A stretch of 64,000 nt of DNA from Nitrosopumilus sp. (lineage in GTDB: Archaea; Thermoproteota; Nitrososphaeria; Nitrososphaerales; Nitrosopumilaceae), in assembly GCA_965218785.1 (NCBI GenBank), contig OZ244650.1, forward strand, positions 672,001 through 736,000, read 5' to 3'. This document shows positions 61,047-64,000 of the stretch, one piece after another (the first letter of the stretch is position 1; each line of letters opens with the position of its first letter). Position numbers and translations under genes: made by a program. The notes under the pieces were generated by a model. It ran no database searches. It was not told the DNA's origin and saw nothing but the letters and a program-made list of their open reading frames with translations.

Positions 61047-61191
61047 TAGACATGGAAGTGTACGGATGCACTAGTCTTCACAATCATCGATGCAATGCAT
61101 CACGAAAGTGATGTATGAAGGATGTAGCAGGTCTCCGCCAGGGGACTTGCAATGATCGTCGTGCATAGTCGTGTAATATGTGGCTGAATAT

Positions 61192-64000
<2,809 letters not shown>

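Overview
Archaeal chromosomal window from a Nitrosopumilaceae (ammonia-oxidising Thaumarchaeota) genome, judged from the 16S/23S sequence and the gene set. The backbone is housekeeping: carB (partial), ilvB-ilvH-leuA-leuB, aspS, DNA repair genes, tldD, a PIN-ATPase, ATP-dependent ligase, endA, fbp, tuf-rpsJ-rpoP, 3-hydroxybutyryl-CoA dehydrogenase, DnaJ-ferredoxin, hemL, 16S and a partial 23S. Small accessory patches interrupt it (about 13.8-16.6, 26.8-30.7, 44.9-47.0 and 52.3-53.2 kb). They contain decayed IS630, IS481-like and IS6-like elements, toxin-antitoxin pairs and secreted orphan proteins, which suggests (inference) a host-associated lineage. Best leads: (1) an unannotated Leu/Val-rich leader peptide (MDTKLTRITSKGLLVVLL) with three overlapping hairpins upstream of the branched-chain amino-acid operon, resembling bacterial ribosome-mediated attenuation in an archaeon; (2) a 1.3-kb non-autonomous composite element with IS6-like ends and an 8-bp target duplication that carries only a RelE toxin-antitoxin pair; (3) a 24-bp tandem repeat that gives LsrF-like aldolase a long N/Q-rich tail; (4) a tandem-SDR protein resembling Chloroflexus malonyl-CoA reductase; (5) a candidate C/D box guide RNA. 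All product calls come from motif recognition, not database searches.
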